Shown: piece by piece, positions 26,148-37,350 of the stretch
Numbering within the stretch: the stretch's first letter is position 1
How the letters are laid out: every line of letters starts with the position of its first letter
Made by a program: the position numbers and the translations under genes
Notes under the pieces: generated by a model
Database searches by the model: none
The model's input: the letters and a program-made list of their open reading frames with translations, nothing else
Told to the model about the DNA's origin: nothing
Assembly: GCF_036365525.1 (NCBI RefSeq)
Contig: NC_090374.1
Coordinates: 13,619,168 to 13,683,167 of the forward strand
From: Heterodontus francisci
Taxonomy: Eukaryota
Length of the DNA: 64,000 nt
Reading direction: 5' to 3'

Positions 26148-26878
26148 AGTAGAGGAGTATTGACAGTCAGAGAGATCTGGGCGTACAGGTCCACAGGTCA
26201 CTGAAAGTGGCAACGCAGGTGAATAAGGTAGTCAAGAAGGCATACGGCATGCTTGCCTTCATCGGTCAGGGAATAGAGTATAAAAATTGGCAAGTCATGC
26301 TGCAGCTGTACAGAACTTTAGTTAGGCCACACTTAGAATATTGCGTGCAATTCTGGCTGCCACACTACCAGAAGGATGTGGAGGCTTTGGAGAGGGTACA
26401 GAAGAGGTTTACCAGGATGTTGCCTGGTCTGGAGGGCATTAGCTATGAGGAGAGGTTGGATAAACTCGGATTGTTTTCACTGGAACGACGGAGGTGGAGG
26501 GGCGACATGATAGAGGTTTACAAAGTTATGAGCGGCATGGACAGAGTGGATAGTCAGAAGCTTTTTCCCAGTGTGGAAGAGTCAGTTACTGGGGGACATA
26601 GGTTTAAGGTGAGAGGGGCAAAGTTTAGAGGGGATGTGCGAGGCAAGTTCTTTACACAGAGGGTGGTGAGTGCCTGAAACTTGCTGCCGGGAGAGGTGGT
26701 GGAAGCAGGTACGATAGCAACGTTTAAGAGGCATCTTGACAAATACATGAATAGGATGGGAATAGAGGGATACGGTCCCCGGAAGTGCAGAAGGTTTTAG
26801 TTTAGGCAGGCATCAAGATCGGCGCAGGCTTGGACGGCCGAATGGCCTGTTCCTGTGCTGTACTGTTGTTTGTTCTTT
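26148..26878 (+). mobile_element. CR1 family E 3' fragment
   Basis: ORF 26207-26677; near-identical to the reverse complement of 62863-63600. Confidence 0.88.
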
Positions 26879-27296
26879 GACTGGTCCTCAGGTTGAAGTC
26901 CTAAATTGGGGGAAGGTTAATTTCAATGGCATCAGACAGGAACTCTCAAAAGTTGAATGGGAGAGGCTGTTTACAGGTAAAGGGACGTCTGGCAAGTGGG
27001 AGGCTTTTAAAAGTGAGATAGGAGGAGTTCAGGGCCGGCATGTTCCTGTTAGATGGAAGTGCAGGGTTGGCAAGTTTAGGGAACCTTGGTTGACGAGGGA
27101 TATTGAGGGTCTGGTCAGGACAAAGAAGGAGGCATATATCAGGTATAGGCAGCTGGGATCAAGCGAGTCCCTCGAGGAGTTTGGGGCATGTAGGACTACA
27201 CGTAAGAAGGAAATTAGGAGGGTGAAAAGGGGCCATGAGATTTCCCTGGGAGATCAGATAAAGCAGAATCCTAAAAGATTCTGTAAGTATATTAAG

Positions 27297-27623
27297 CGGC
27301 ACAGCGGTTAGCACCGCAGCCTCACAGCTCCAGCGACCCGGGTTCAATTCTGGGTACTGCCTGTGTGGAGTTTGCAGGTTCTCCCTGTGTCTGCGTGGGT
27401 TTCCTCCCACATGCCAAAGACTTGCAGGTTGATAGGTTAATTGGCCATTATAAATTGCCCCTAGTATAGGTAGGTGGTAGGGAAATATAGGGACAGGTGG
27501 GGATGTGGTAGAAATATGGGATTAGTGTAGGATTAGTATAAAATGGGTGGTTGATGGTCGGCACAGACTCGGTGGGCCGAAGGGCCTGTTTCAGTGCTGT
27601 ATCTCTAAACTAAACTAAACTAA
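27297..27623 (+). mobile_element. HE1-like V-SINE
   Basis: tRNA-like head, V-domain core gcctgtgtggagtttgcaggttctccctgtgtctgcgtgggtttcctcc, CR1-derived 3' end and (ctaaa)n tail. Confidence 0.85.
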
Positions 27624-28012
27624 AAGGGTAGCTAGGGAGAGAGTAGGTCCCCTTAAGGATCAGTGTGGTGATCTATGTGTGGAGCCACGGGAAATGGGCG
27701 AGGTCTTAAATAAATACTTCTCGGCTGTATTTACCATGGAGAAGGTCATGGAAGCTGTGTGTTCAAGGGAGGGAACAGCAATACCCTGGAACATATCAAC
27801 ATTACAAAGGAGGAGATGTTGGAGGTTTTGAAGCACATTAAGGTGGATAAATCTCCAGGGCCTGACCGGATGTATCCTAGGATGCTATGGGAAGCAAGGG
27901 AGGAGAGGGCCCTGGCAGAGATTTTTGTGTCATCGTCAGCCATGGTTGAGGTACCGGAAGACTGGAGGATAGCTAATGTTGTGCCTTTATTTAAGAAGGG
28001 CAGCAGACATAA

Positions 28013-28361
28013 ATTAGATTAGAGATACAGCACTGAAACAGGCCCTTCGGCCCACCGAGTCTGTGCCGAACATCAACCACCCATTTATACTAATCCTACA
28101 CTAATCCCATATTCCTACCAAACATCCCCACCTGTCCCTATATTTCCCTACCACCTATCTATACGAGTGACAATTTATAATGGCCAATTTACCTATCAAC
28201 CTGCAAGTCTTTTGGCTTGTGGGAGGAAACTGGAGCACCCGGAGAAAACCCACGCAGACACAGGGAGAACTTGCAAACTCCACACAGGCAGTACCCGGAT
28301 TCGAACCCGGGTCTCTGGAGCTGTGAGGCTGCGGTGCTAACCACTGCGCCACTGTGCCGCC
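28013..28361 (-). mobile_element. HE1-like V-SINE, full length
   Basis: Reverse complement of the 27297-27623 family, with an intact A/B-box head. Confidence 0.87.
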
Positions 28362-28742
28362 AGGGAACTAGAGGCCGGTGAGCCTTACATCAGTGGTGGG
28401 AAAGTTATTGGAAGGGATTCTGAGAGACAGGATTTAAAAAGCATTTGGAAAGGCATGGTCTGATTAGGGATAGTCAGCATGGCTTTGTGCGTGGGAAATC
28501 ATTTCTCACGAATTTGATTGAGTTTTTCGAGGAGGTGACCAAGAGGATTGACGAGGGCAGGGCGATGGATGTTGTCTACATGGACTTTAGCAAGGCCTTT
28601 GACAAGGTCCCGCATGGTAGGCGTAAGCAGCATGCGATAGACAGAGCTAAGCGATCCCATAACCAACAAATTAGATCTAAGCTCTGCAGTCCTGCCACAT
28701 CCAGCCGTGAATGGTGGTGAACAATTAAACAACTAATTGTCA

Positions 28743-29146
28743 GGAAGCAGTGGTGTACTGGTATTGTCACTGGACTAGTAACCTAGAGACCCAGGTATTT
28801 CTCTGGGGACATGGGTTCGAATCCCACCGCAGCAAAAGGTGATATTTGAATTCAATTAATAAAAAATAAAATCTGGAATTTATAAAGCTAGTCTAATGAT
28901 GGCCATGAAACCATTGTCGATTGTTGTAAAAACCCATCTGGTTCACAAATGTCCTTTAGGGAAGGAAATCTGCTGTCCTTACCTGGTCTGGCCTACATGT
29001 GACTCCAAATCCACAGCAATGTGGTTGACTCTTACATGCCTTTGAAATGGCCCAGCAAGCCACTCAGTTCAAGGGCAATTAGGGATGGGCAATAAATGCT
29101 GGCCTGGCCTGCGACGCCCACATCCCATGAAAGAATAAAAAATACT
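28743..29146 (+). mobile_element. tRNA-headed SINE made of the head and tail of the LINE at 42755-45945
   Basis: A box tggtgtactgg and B box ggttcgaatcc; ~330 nt of the LINE 5' end joined to its last ~75 nt; A-rich tail. Confidence 0.8.
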
Positions 29147-30911
29147 AACTGGAGGAAGTGGCTGCACAAATATCCCCATCCTCAATGATGGGGGAGCCCA
29201 GCACATCAGTGCGAAAGATAAGGCTGAAGCATTTGCAACAATCTTCAGCCAGAAGTGCCGAGTCGATGATCCATCTCGGCCTCCTCCGAAAGTCCCCAGC
29301 ATCACAGATGCCAGACTTCAGCCAATTCAATTCACTCCGCGTGATATTAAGAAACGACTGAAGGCACTGGATACTGCAAAAGCTATGGGCCCTGACAATA
29401 TTCCGGCAATAGTACTGAAGACCTGTGCTCCAGAACTTGCCGCGCCCCTAGCCAAGCTGTTCCAGTACAGCTACAACACTGGCATTTACCCTGCAATGTG
29501 GAAAGTTGCTGCATTTCTACACGGACTGCTTACGTATCTGAGGAGTCACGAATGGTGCTGAACATTGTGCAATCATCAGCGAACATCCCCACCTCTGACC
29601 TTATGATTGAAGGAAGGTCATTGATGAAGCAGCTGAAGATGATTGGACCTCGGACACTAACCGGAGGAACTCCTGCAGTGATGTCCTGGAGCTCAGATGA
29701 TTGACCTCCAACAACCACAACCATTTTCCTTTGCGCTGGGTATGACTCCAGACAGCGGAGGGTTTTCCCCTGATTCCCATTGACCTCAGTTTTGCTCGGG
29801 CTCCTTGATGCCATACTCGGTCAAATGCTGCCTTGATGTCAAGGGCAGTCACTCTCACCTCACCTCTTGAGTTCAGTTCTTTTGTCCATGTTTGAAACAA
29901 GGCTGTAATGAGGTCAGGAGCTGAGTGGCCCTGGCAGAACCCAAACTGAGCGTCACTGAGCAGGTTCTTGCAGGTTTAAAGGGGATCAAAGGGGTAAATT
30001 TTTCACACAAAGAATAGTGTGTATCTGGAATGAGCTGCCTGAGGAGGTGGTGGAGGCAGGAATAGTAGCAACATTTAAGAGGCATCTGGACAGGTACTTG
30101 AATGAACAAGGCATACAGGGATATGGAATTAATGCAGGCAGGTGAGTTTAGTATAGATAGGCATTATGATCGGCATGGACGCGGTGGGCCGAAGGGCCTG
30201 TTTTTATGCTGTACAACTCTATGACTCTATGACTACCAACAGCAAGGGTGCCAGCACCGATCTCTGCAGTACACTACTGGTCACAGGCTTCCACTCGCAA
30301 AAACAACCCTCGACCATCACACTCTGCCTCCTGCCACAAAACCAATTTTGGATCCAATTTGCCAAATTGCCCTGGATCCCATGGGCTCGTATCTTCTTAA
30401 CCAATCTCCCATGCAGGACCTTATGAAAAGGCTTCCTGAAGTCCATGTCGACTACATCAGCTGCTTTACCCTCATCTACACATCTAGTCACCTCCTTGAA
30501 AAATTCAATCAAGTTCTGTTAGACATGACACTTGACTAACCTGCTAGGCAACCTGAGTTTTTTGAATTTGTACAAACAGTTTGGGCAGAAAGCTGTTTGC
30601 TCCTGGACTGAGAAGGTCTCTCTCCTGTCTGCTCCCATCTCTTTCTCACTAGCCTCTGAATCCACTGAAGACACATGAACCCCAACAGAGAAAAGTCTCC
30701 TACAGTGAACAAGGTTTAGGAAGAATACTGGGCCCCAATGAAATGCAAGATCTACCTACAATCAAGGACTCTACAGTGAACTCGAAGAAGCATAACAACA
30801 ACTCTTCAGATATTGCCTCAAACTTTTCCACTTTATTTTTCTGCTGCTCTTTTCTGTCTCTATTTGCATGTGTGTATCATGTATGCATGATAGCATGGAC
30901 ATGTTGTGTAT

Positions 30912-31228
30912 TTAATTTATTTATAGATACAGCACTGAAACAGGCCCTTCGGCCCACCGAGTCTGGTCTGACCAACAACCACCTATTTATACTAATCCTA
31001 CATTAATCCCATATACCTACCATATCCTCACCTTCCCTACCTATACTAGGGGCAATTTATAATGGCCAATTTACCTATCAACCTGCAAGTCTTTTGGCTG
31101 TGGGAAGAAAATGCAGCACCCCAGTCACAGGGAGAACTTGCAAACTCCACACAGGCAGTACTCAGAATCGAACCCGGGTCGTTGCAGCTGTGAGATTGCA
31201 GTGCTAACCACTGCGCCACTGTGCTGCC
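30912..31228 (-). mobile_element. HE1-like V-SINE inside the LTR
   Basis: Same family as 28013-28361. Confidence 0.85.
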
Positions 31229-31691
31229 TACTGTATCGGTAGGCGTCAACCGAATAGAGTTTAAGCTTTAATTTAATAAATTTCAACTTTTCTTCTTTAA
31301 ACCTAAGAAAGACTGTTTGTGCTGGTTTCTTTGCCTTATAATTGGAAAGCAGTGAACAAGGATTCACCAAGGGGGAGCTAAAAACAAGGTGTGTTTAAAA
31401 TTAAACCCTCTTACAGTAAAACCAGGTGAGGAACCCTGGACCCCGTTCTCACCCGGTCTTAACACCAGTTTGAACAGGTCAAATCAGCGAGTGTGCCAAA
31501 CACCGCAGGAGGCTTGGGAGACAGGTGATGGAATGGTCTAGAAATAGTCTCTCTCCTTCTTACTGCCTCCTGCCTCAGGTCAACTGAGAGAGCCCAGGAC
31601 AGGGAGCAAAACCCGAAACCTACCAGACCAGGTGGAGTCTTTAGCCATTGAGCTACCGGGGCAGCTGCAGCCCCTGAATATTGTTCCTCAC

Positions 31692-32084
31692 CTTCCACTC
31701 TCAGACTCGTTAGTTTCTGTGTTTGAAATTGTCCAACAGTGAGCTCCACACGACACTGATAAGGACCACTGTCCGCCCGGATCAGCCGCTCCATCATTAT
31801 TGAGACATCTTTGTTACTGAAGTTCCCCACGAATCTGAATCGATTCCCGCCGTCCTGTTGTTTCACATCCTCACACAGCTCACTCTGTGAATGGCCCGGA
31901 CCAGAATATGTACACTTAAAAATAACATTGTAATCCCATGAATCGCGGTTGTACCATGTCACAGAGCCGGTGACCGTCTGATCAGTGTGTGGGTGGGTGA
32001 AAGTACACGGCAAGACAGCGGACCCTCCTTCCTCAACACTCACATCATCCGCAGCGCTCATTGTCCAACCATTCTCAGAAAACT
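31692..32084 (-). CDS. Exon 2: Ig V-set domain 1, Siglec-15-like, with essential Arg
   Basis: Acceptor (ct)n-ccacag|, donor GAAG|gtgagg, 393 nt, phase 1-1. Encodes WTMSAADDVSVEEGGSAVLPCTFTHPH...VTW...IFKC..SELC...RFRFVGN...DSGPYQCRVEL, which matches the Siglec-15 V-domain motifs AVLPCTFTHPH, FRC..SELC, RFRLLGN and YFCRVEF. Confidence 0.93.
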
Positions 32085-32777
32085 CTGTGGAGAGAGAGAG
32101 AGAGAATATTAAAACAGCACAGGGACAGAGAATACTGTTTCAAAATCAAACTGTGAGACAATATACTGAGTCTGTTATATAGTGACAACAGATATAACAT
32201 CGTATGGTCAGATTGGGATGTTTATATACAGAAATCAGACACTGGAGTGAGTTACAGACTGGAATATAACCGAGGGTTCCAGATGGTTTGTAAAAATCCT
32301 CTGTTCCCAAGGTTCGAGTTCAGGTGTTTGATATAATTTTTTCTGCTTCATTTGTTTGAAGAGGGGGTTTGGTCATACTTTTTCCAGCTCTGACGTGAGT
32401 CAGAGTTTTCTGAACTGTCTCCATTGTGTTAGGAGACCCAGAGTTGTCTGAAGACTCTCACTCAAGATGTATTTCCTATCCACCACCACTTTCTACTCTA
32501 TTGCCGAGCCAGACCTCATCATTTGTCAGTCGTGCCACAGTCTTTGAGCTGGTTTAAAAGTCTCAAATGTGAAACTTGAAACAATGCCTTCGAAATTCAC
32601 GGAGATTCTATACCTTTATCTTTTAAGAGTTCCCATGGATTTGTCAGGTAAAACATTCCAAACCATGTTCCATAGACAAATAAAAACATTTTCTGTGCCT
32701 GGGGTTTGGGAATCTTTGGAATTCTTTACTCCAGAGAGCTGCAGATGCTTGTGCGGAGGGTTCAGGGGAAGGTAGAG

Positions 32778-35514
32778 TTAGAAATTGGAACATTAGAACA
32801 TTACAGCGCAGTACAGGCCCTTCGGCCCTCGATGTTGCGCCGATCATCTGACCTACACTATTCCATTTTCATCCATATGTCTATCCAATGACCACTTAAA
32901 TGCCCTTAAAGTTGGCGAGTCTACTACTGTTGCAGGCAGGGCGTTCCACGCCCCTACTACTCTCTGCGTATAGAAACTACCTCTGACATCTGTCCTATAT
33001 CTTTCACCCCTCAACTTAAAGCTATGTCCCCTCGTGTTTGCCATCATCATCCGAGGAAAAAGACTCTCACTATCCACCCTATCTAACCCTCTGATTATCT
33101 TGTATGTCTCTATTAAGTCACCTCTCCTCCTCCTTCTCTCTAACGAAAACAACCCCAAGTCCCTCAGCCTTTCCTCGTAAGACCTTCCTTCCATACCAGG
33201 CAACATCCTAGTAAATCTCCTCTGCACCCTTTCCAAAGCTTCCACATCCTTCCTATAATGCGGTGACCAGAACTGCACGCAATACTCAAGGTGTGGCCTC
33301 ACCAGAGTTTTGTACAGCTGCATCATGACCTCGTGGCTCCGAAACTCGATCCTCCTACTAATAAAAGCTAACACACCATATGCCTTCTTAACAGCCCTAT
33401 TAACCTGGGTAGCAACTTTCAGGGATTTATGTACCTGGACACCAAGATCTCTCTGCTCATCTACACTACCAAGAATCTTCCCATTAGCCCAGTACTCTGC
33501 ATTGCTGTTACTCCTTCCAAAGTGAATCACCTCACACTTCTCCGCATTAAACTCCATTTGCCATCTCTCAGCCCAGCTCTGCAGCCTATCTATGTCCCTC
33601 TGTACCCTACAACACCCTTCGACACTATCCACAACTCCACCGACCTTCGTGTCATCCGCAAATTTACTAACCCACCCTTCTACACCCTCATCCAGGTCAT
33701 TTATAAAAATGACAAACAGCAGTGGCCCCAAAACAGAACCTTGCGGTACACCACTAGTAACTAAACTCCAGGATGAACATTTGCCATCAACCACCACCCT
33801 CTGTCTTCTTTCAGCTAGCCAATTTCTGATCCAAAGCTCTAAATCACCTTCAACCCCATACTTCCGTATTTTCTGCAATAGCCTACCGTGGGGAACCTTA
33901 TCAAACGCCTTACTGAAATCCATATACACCACATCCACGGCTTTACCCTCATCCACCTGTTTGGTCACCTTCTCGAAAAACTCAATAAGGTTTGTGAGGC
34001 ACGACCTACCTTTCACAAAACCGTGCTGACTATCGCAAATGAACTTATTCTTTTCAAGATGATTATAAATCCTATCTCTTATAATCCTTTCCAACATTTT
34101 ACCCACAACCGAAGTAAGGCTCACAGGTCTATAATTACCAGGGCTGTCTCTACTCCCCTTCTTGAACAAGGGGACAACATTTGCTATCCTCCAGTCCTCC
34201 GGCACTACTCCTGTCGACAATGACGACATAAAGATCAACAACAACGGCTCTGCAATCTCCTCCCTGGCTTCCCAGAGAATCCTAGGATAAATCCCATCTG
34301 GCCCAGGGGACTTATCTATTTTCACTCTTTCCAAAATTGCTAACACCTCCTCCTTGTGAATCTCAATCCCATCTAGCCTAGTAGGCTGTATCTCAGTAAT
34401 CTCCTCGACAACATTTTCTTTCTCTACTGTAAATACTGATGAAAAATATTCATTTAACGCTTCCCCTATCTCCTCCGATTCCGCACACAACTTCCCACTA
34501 CTATCCTTGATTGGCCCTGTTCTAACTCTTATCATTCTTTTATTCCTGATTTACCTATAGAAAGCCTTAGGGTTTTCTTTGATCCTATCCGCCAATGACT
34601 TCTCGTGTCCTCTCCTTGCTCTTCTTAGCCCTCCCTTTAGATCCTTCCTGGCTAGCTTGTAACTCTCAAGCGCCCTAACTGAGCCTTCACGCCTCATCCT
34701 AACATAAGCCGCCCTCTTCCTCTTGACAAGCGCTTCAACTTCTTGAGTAAACCACGGCTCCCTCGCTCGACAACTTCCTCCCTGCCTGACAGGTACATAC
34801 TTATCAAGGACACGCATTAGCTGCTCCTTGAATAAGCTCCACATTTCGTTTGTGCCCATCCCCTGCAGTTTCCTTCCCCATCCTACACATCCTAAATCTT
34901 GCCTAATCGCGTCATAATTTCCTTTCCCCCAGCTATAATTCTTGCCCTGCGGTATATACCTGTCCCTGCCCATCGCTAAGGTAAACCTAACCGAATTGTG
35001 ATCACTATCGCCAAAGTGCTCACCTACATCTAAATCGAACACCTGTCCGGGTTCATTACCCAATACCAAATCCAATGTGGCATCGCCCCTGGTTGGCCTG
35101 TCCACATACTGTGTCAGAAAACCCTCCTGCACACACTGGACAAAAACAGACCCATCTAAAGTACTCGAACGATAGTATTTCCAGTCATTATTTGGAAAGT
35201 TAAAGTCCCCCATAACCACTACCCTGTTACTCTCGCTCCTGTCGAGAATCATCTTCGCTATCCTTTCCTCTGCATCTCTGGAACTATTCGGAGGTCTATA
35301 GAAAACTCCCAACAGGGTGACCTCTCCTCTCCTGTTTCTAACCTCGGCCCATACTACCTCAGTAGACGAGTCCTCAAACGTCCTTTCTGCCGCTGTAATA
35401 CTTTCCTTGATTAACAATGCCACACCCCCCCCTCTTTTACCATCTTCTCTGTTCTTACTGAAACATCTAAATCCCGGAACCTGCAACATCCATTCCTGCC
35501 CCTGCTCTACCCAT
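32778..35514 (-). mobile_element. Young 5'-truncated CR1 (same family as copies A and B), single nonsense codon
   Basis: ORFs 34551-35489 and 32853-34535 are in the same frame, split by a TAT>TAA change at 34551-34553; CTAATGTT tail. Confidence 0.96.
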
Positions 35515-36053
35515 TGCAGAAAAGTCAGGACAATAGAATAGTGGTAGCAATGTGGGTAAAGGCAAGCAGAGTGGGACAGGAAGGGACAGAGTGTTTAACG
35601 GTAATAATGCATCAGTGAATAAGGTCCATGCAAAGAACAATAAATAGGGCCCTACCAAATTCATGGTCAAATTTTACAAATTTCTCGGACATGGCATTTT
35701 TAGAATAATAAATTTCAGTGTCGCAACAAGCCATGAAAATGATCTATTTAAAAAAAGACGAGAGGTTTCTGGTGTCAAATGGCATTTATTATATACTGAA
35801 AAACTATTGTTAAAAAGCTGACTATAAACAGGTTTCATTCTTTACCTGCTGAAGTCAGTGGTTGAATGTGAGCATGGAGTCTCACACGCATTAATCTGAG
35901 ATTTCATCTCCTCACAATGTGTAGCAAACAGCTTTGGTAGGTAATCCTGTCATAGTTTATTTGCACTTGGCAAGCAACCACCATTTTGCACATTGTGTCG
36001 GCTGACTACCAGCAGTTTTGGCGGATCAGGTTTTTCCAAGGCTATGTCTCTTG

Positions 36054-36190
36054 TGTCATGGTCCTGTAGTTTTTTTTCAGGAATATGTGGTTTGCCTTTA
36101 AGGCTTACAAGGGACCAGTATTGCTTTAAGAACCAGCAAGCCTCATTAGTTATAGGAAGGTGCATTCTCGTTGCCTTAGAAACAGCCATT
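36054..36190 (+). mobile_element. 5' fragment of an LTR related to 59083-60046
   Basis: Shared start tgt.atg.tc.tgtagttttttt...atgtggt.tgcctttaaggct. Confidence 0.55.
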
Positions 36191-36810
36191 TGGAGACATC
36201 CTTCTCCTCCTATTCTCTTTCATGCTGGTTCTTTGCTCAGTCTCAAAGGTGTCTGTAGCCCTCCTGATGTAGCATCTCCAGGCATCACGATCTATAGCCT
36301 GTGCTTCCCACTGGCGATGGTCGATATGGCACACAGAGAGGGACTTCTTCAGAGAGTCCTTGAAATGTTTCCATGGGGCCCCTCTGTTCCTTTTATCCGT
36401 GGTCAGTTCTCCATACAACACGATTTTGGGCAGGCGACTATCGTCCATCCAGGCAACATGACCCGCCCAACGCAGTTGGCTTTGCAGGAGAATGGCCTCA
36501 ATGCTGGTGATGTTGGCTGTTTCCAGGACTTCAATGTTTGTTTTGCCAGTGGACCTTGAGGATGCTGCGGATGCAGCCCTGATGAAGTGCTCTAGAAGGC
36601 GTACATGACGAAGGTATAGGACCCATGACTCGGTGCCAGACAGAAGGGTTGTGAGGACTATGGCTTTGTACAGTTCGAGTTTGGTCTGTGCTCTGAGGCT
36701 GTGGTTACTCAACAGATATTTGTACAGTCTGCTGAATGTTCTGTTTGTTTTTGAAAGCCTATTGTCCACTTCCTTGTCGATGGTGGCATCAAATGAGATG
36801 ATACTCCCCA
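36190..36810 (-). mobile_element. RTE-clade LINE 3' fragment
   Basis: LRWAGHVAWMDDSRLPKIVLYGEL..RNRGAPWKHFKDSLK is the typical RTE ORF C-terminus. Confidence 0.88.
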
Positions 36811-37350
36811 AATGCTTGCAAAAGCATCCACAAGTTCCATTGTAAAAAGAGACGAAATCATTGTTTGTTTTCGTTTTCCAGCAGTGCAGTGTCGGATGCT
36901 CTCTTTCTGCTGCGATGGCTTTCGGACTCTAAGTAGTGCTGAACCATTGCCCGCCATGTGATCCAACGAGACATTGCAGCTTGTACAAAACAGTATTCCA
37001 CCATTGGCAGGCAGAATTTGGCTTCCAAATTCTTTCACTCCATGTGCTGCAGTAATGGTCGTGGCCGTTTTTGATTTGCTCTTTCTGGCATTCTCACTTG
37101 GCTGCTAATACTTGAGACTGTTTCTCTCAAAACTGCACTGGCAGCCCTCCCTCATCCACAAATCAATGAGGTGAGCCTTGTGTCAATCACTGAAACGCGC
37201 CAAGTTCGCAACATGCCCAGCAATCAGCAAGGTTAGCCTTGTGCCAATGAATAAAACATGCAATGTTCACAAAAAGGCCGATCCATGGAGGACCCAAAAT
37301 TTCACAGTCCATGACACATTTTGCACAGCTGTGAATTTGGTAGGGCCCGA

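Larger units (their letters stand above)
25617..30232 (+). mobile_element. CR1 family C copy carrying several nested inserts
   Basis: Colinear with 9820-12588 apart from inserts at ~26148-26878, 27297-27623, 28013-28361 and 28620-29970. Confidence 0.88.
24732..30515 (-). mobile_element. CR1 family D fragment (24732-25616 plus 30233-30515) split by a family C copy
   Basis: The sequence resumes across the insert (...taatatacac|taccaacagcaaggg...); RT C-terminal ORF fragments. Confidence 0.85.
24453..31464 (+). mobile_element. LTR (TG...CA) split by ~6 kb of nested insertions
   Basis: Pieces 24453-24731, ~30520-30911 and 31229-31464 are colinear with the intact LTR at 57763-58680 (ccccacctgccaagaatgagg ... 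ctcacc..gtc.taaca). Confidence 0.85.
35645..37350 (-). mobile_element. hAT-type DNA transposon encoding a CGGBP1-like (BED-finger) protein, disrupted
   Basis: TIRs tagggccctaccaaattca / tgaatttggtagggcccga and a degenerate 8-bp TSD (acaataaa/gcaataag). Translations KEFG..NGGILFCTSCNVSLDH and DIALEK.D.P..HNVQNGGCLPSANKL*QDYLP resemble CGGBP1. Confidence 0.78.

Noticed and set aside
28270-28361. SINE heads as tRNA genes
   Set aside because: The A/B boxes run into SINE bodies and tails, with no complete cloverleaf or terminator evident.
31692-32084. Assigning SIGLEC15, or an Ig/TCR V segment
   Set aside because: The architecture differs from Siglec-15 (no C2 domain, no TM Lys). There is no RSS, and the G strand is encoded in the same exon.
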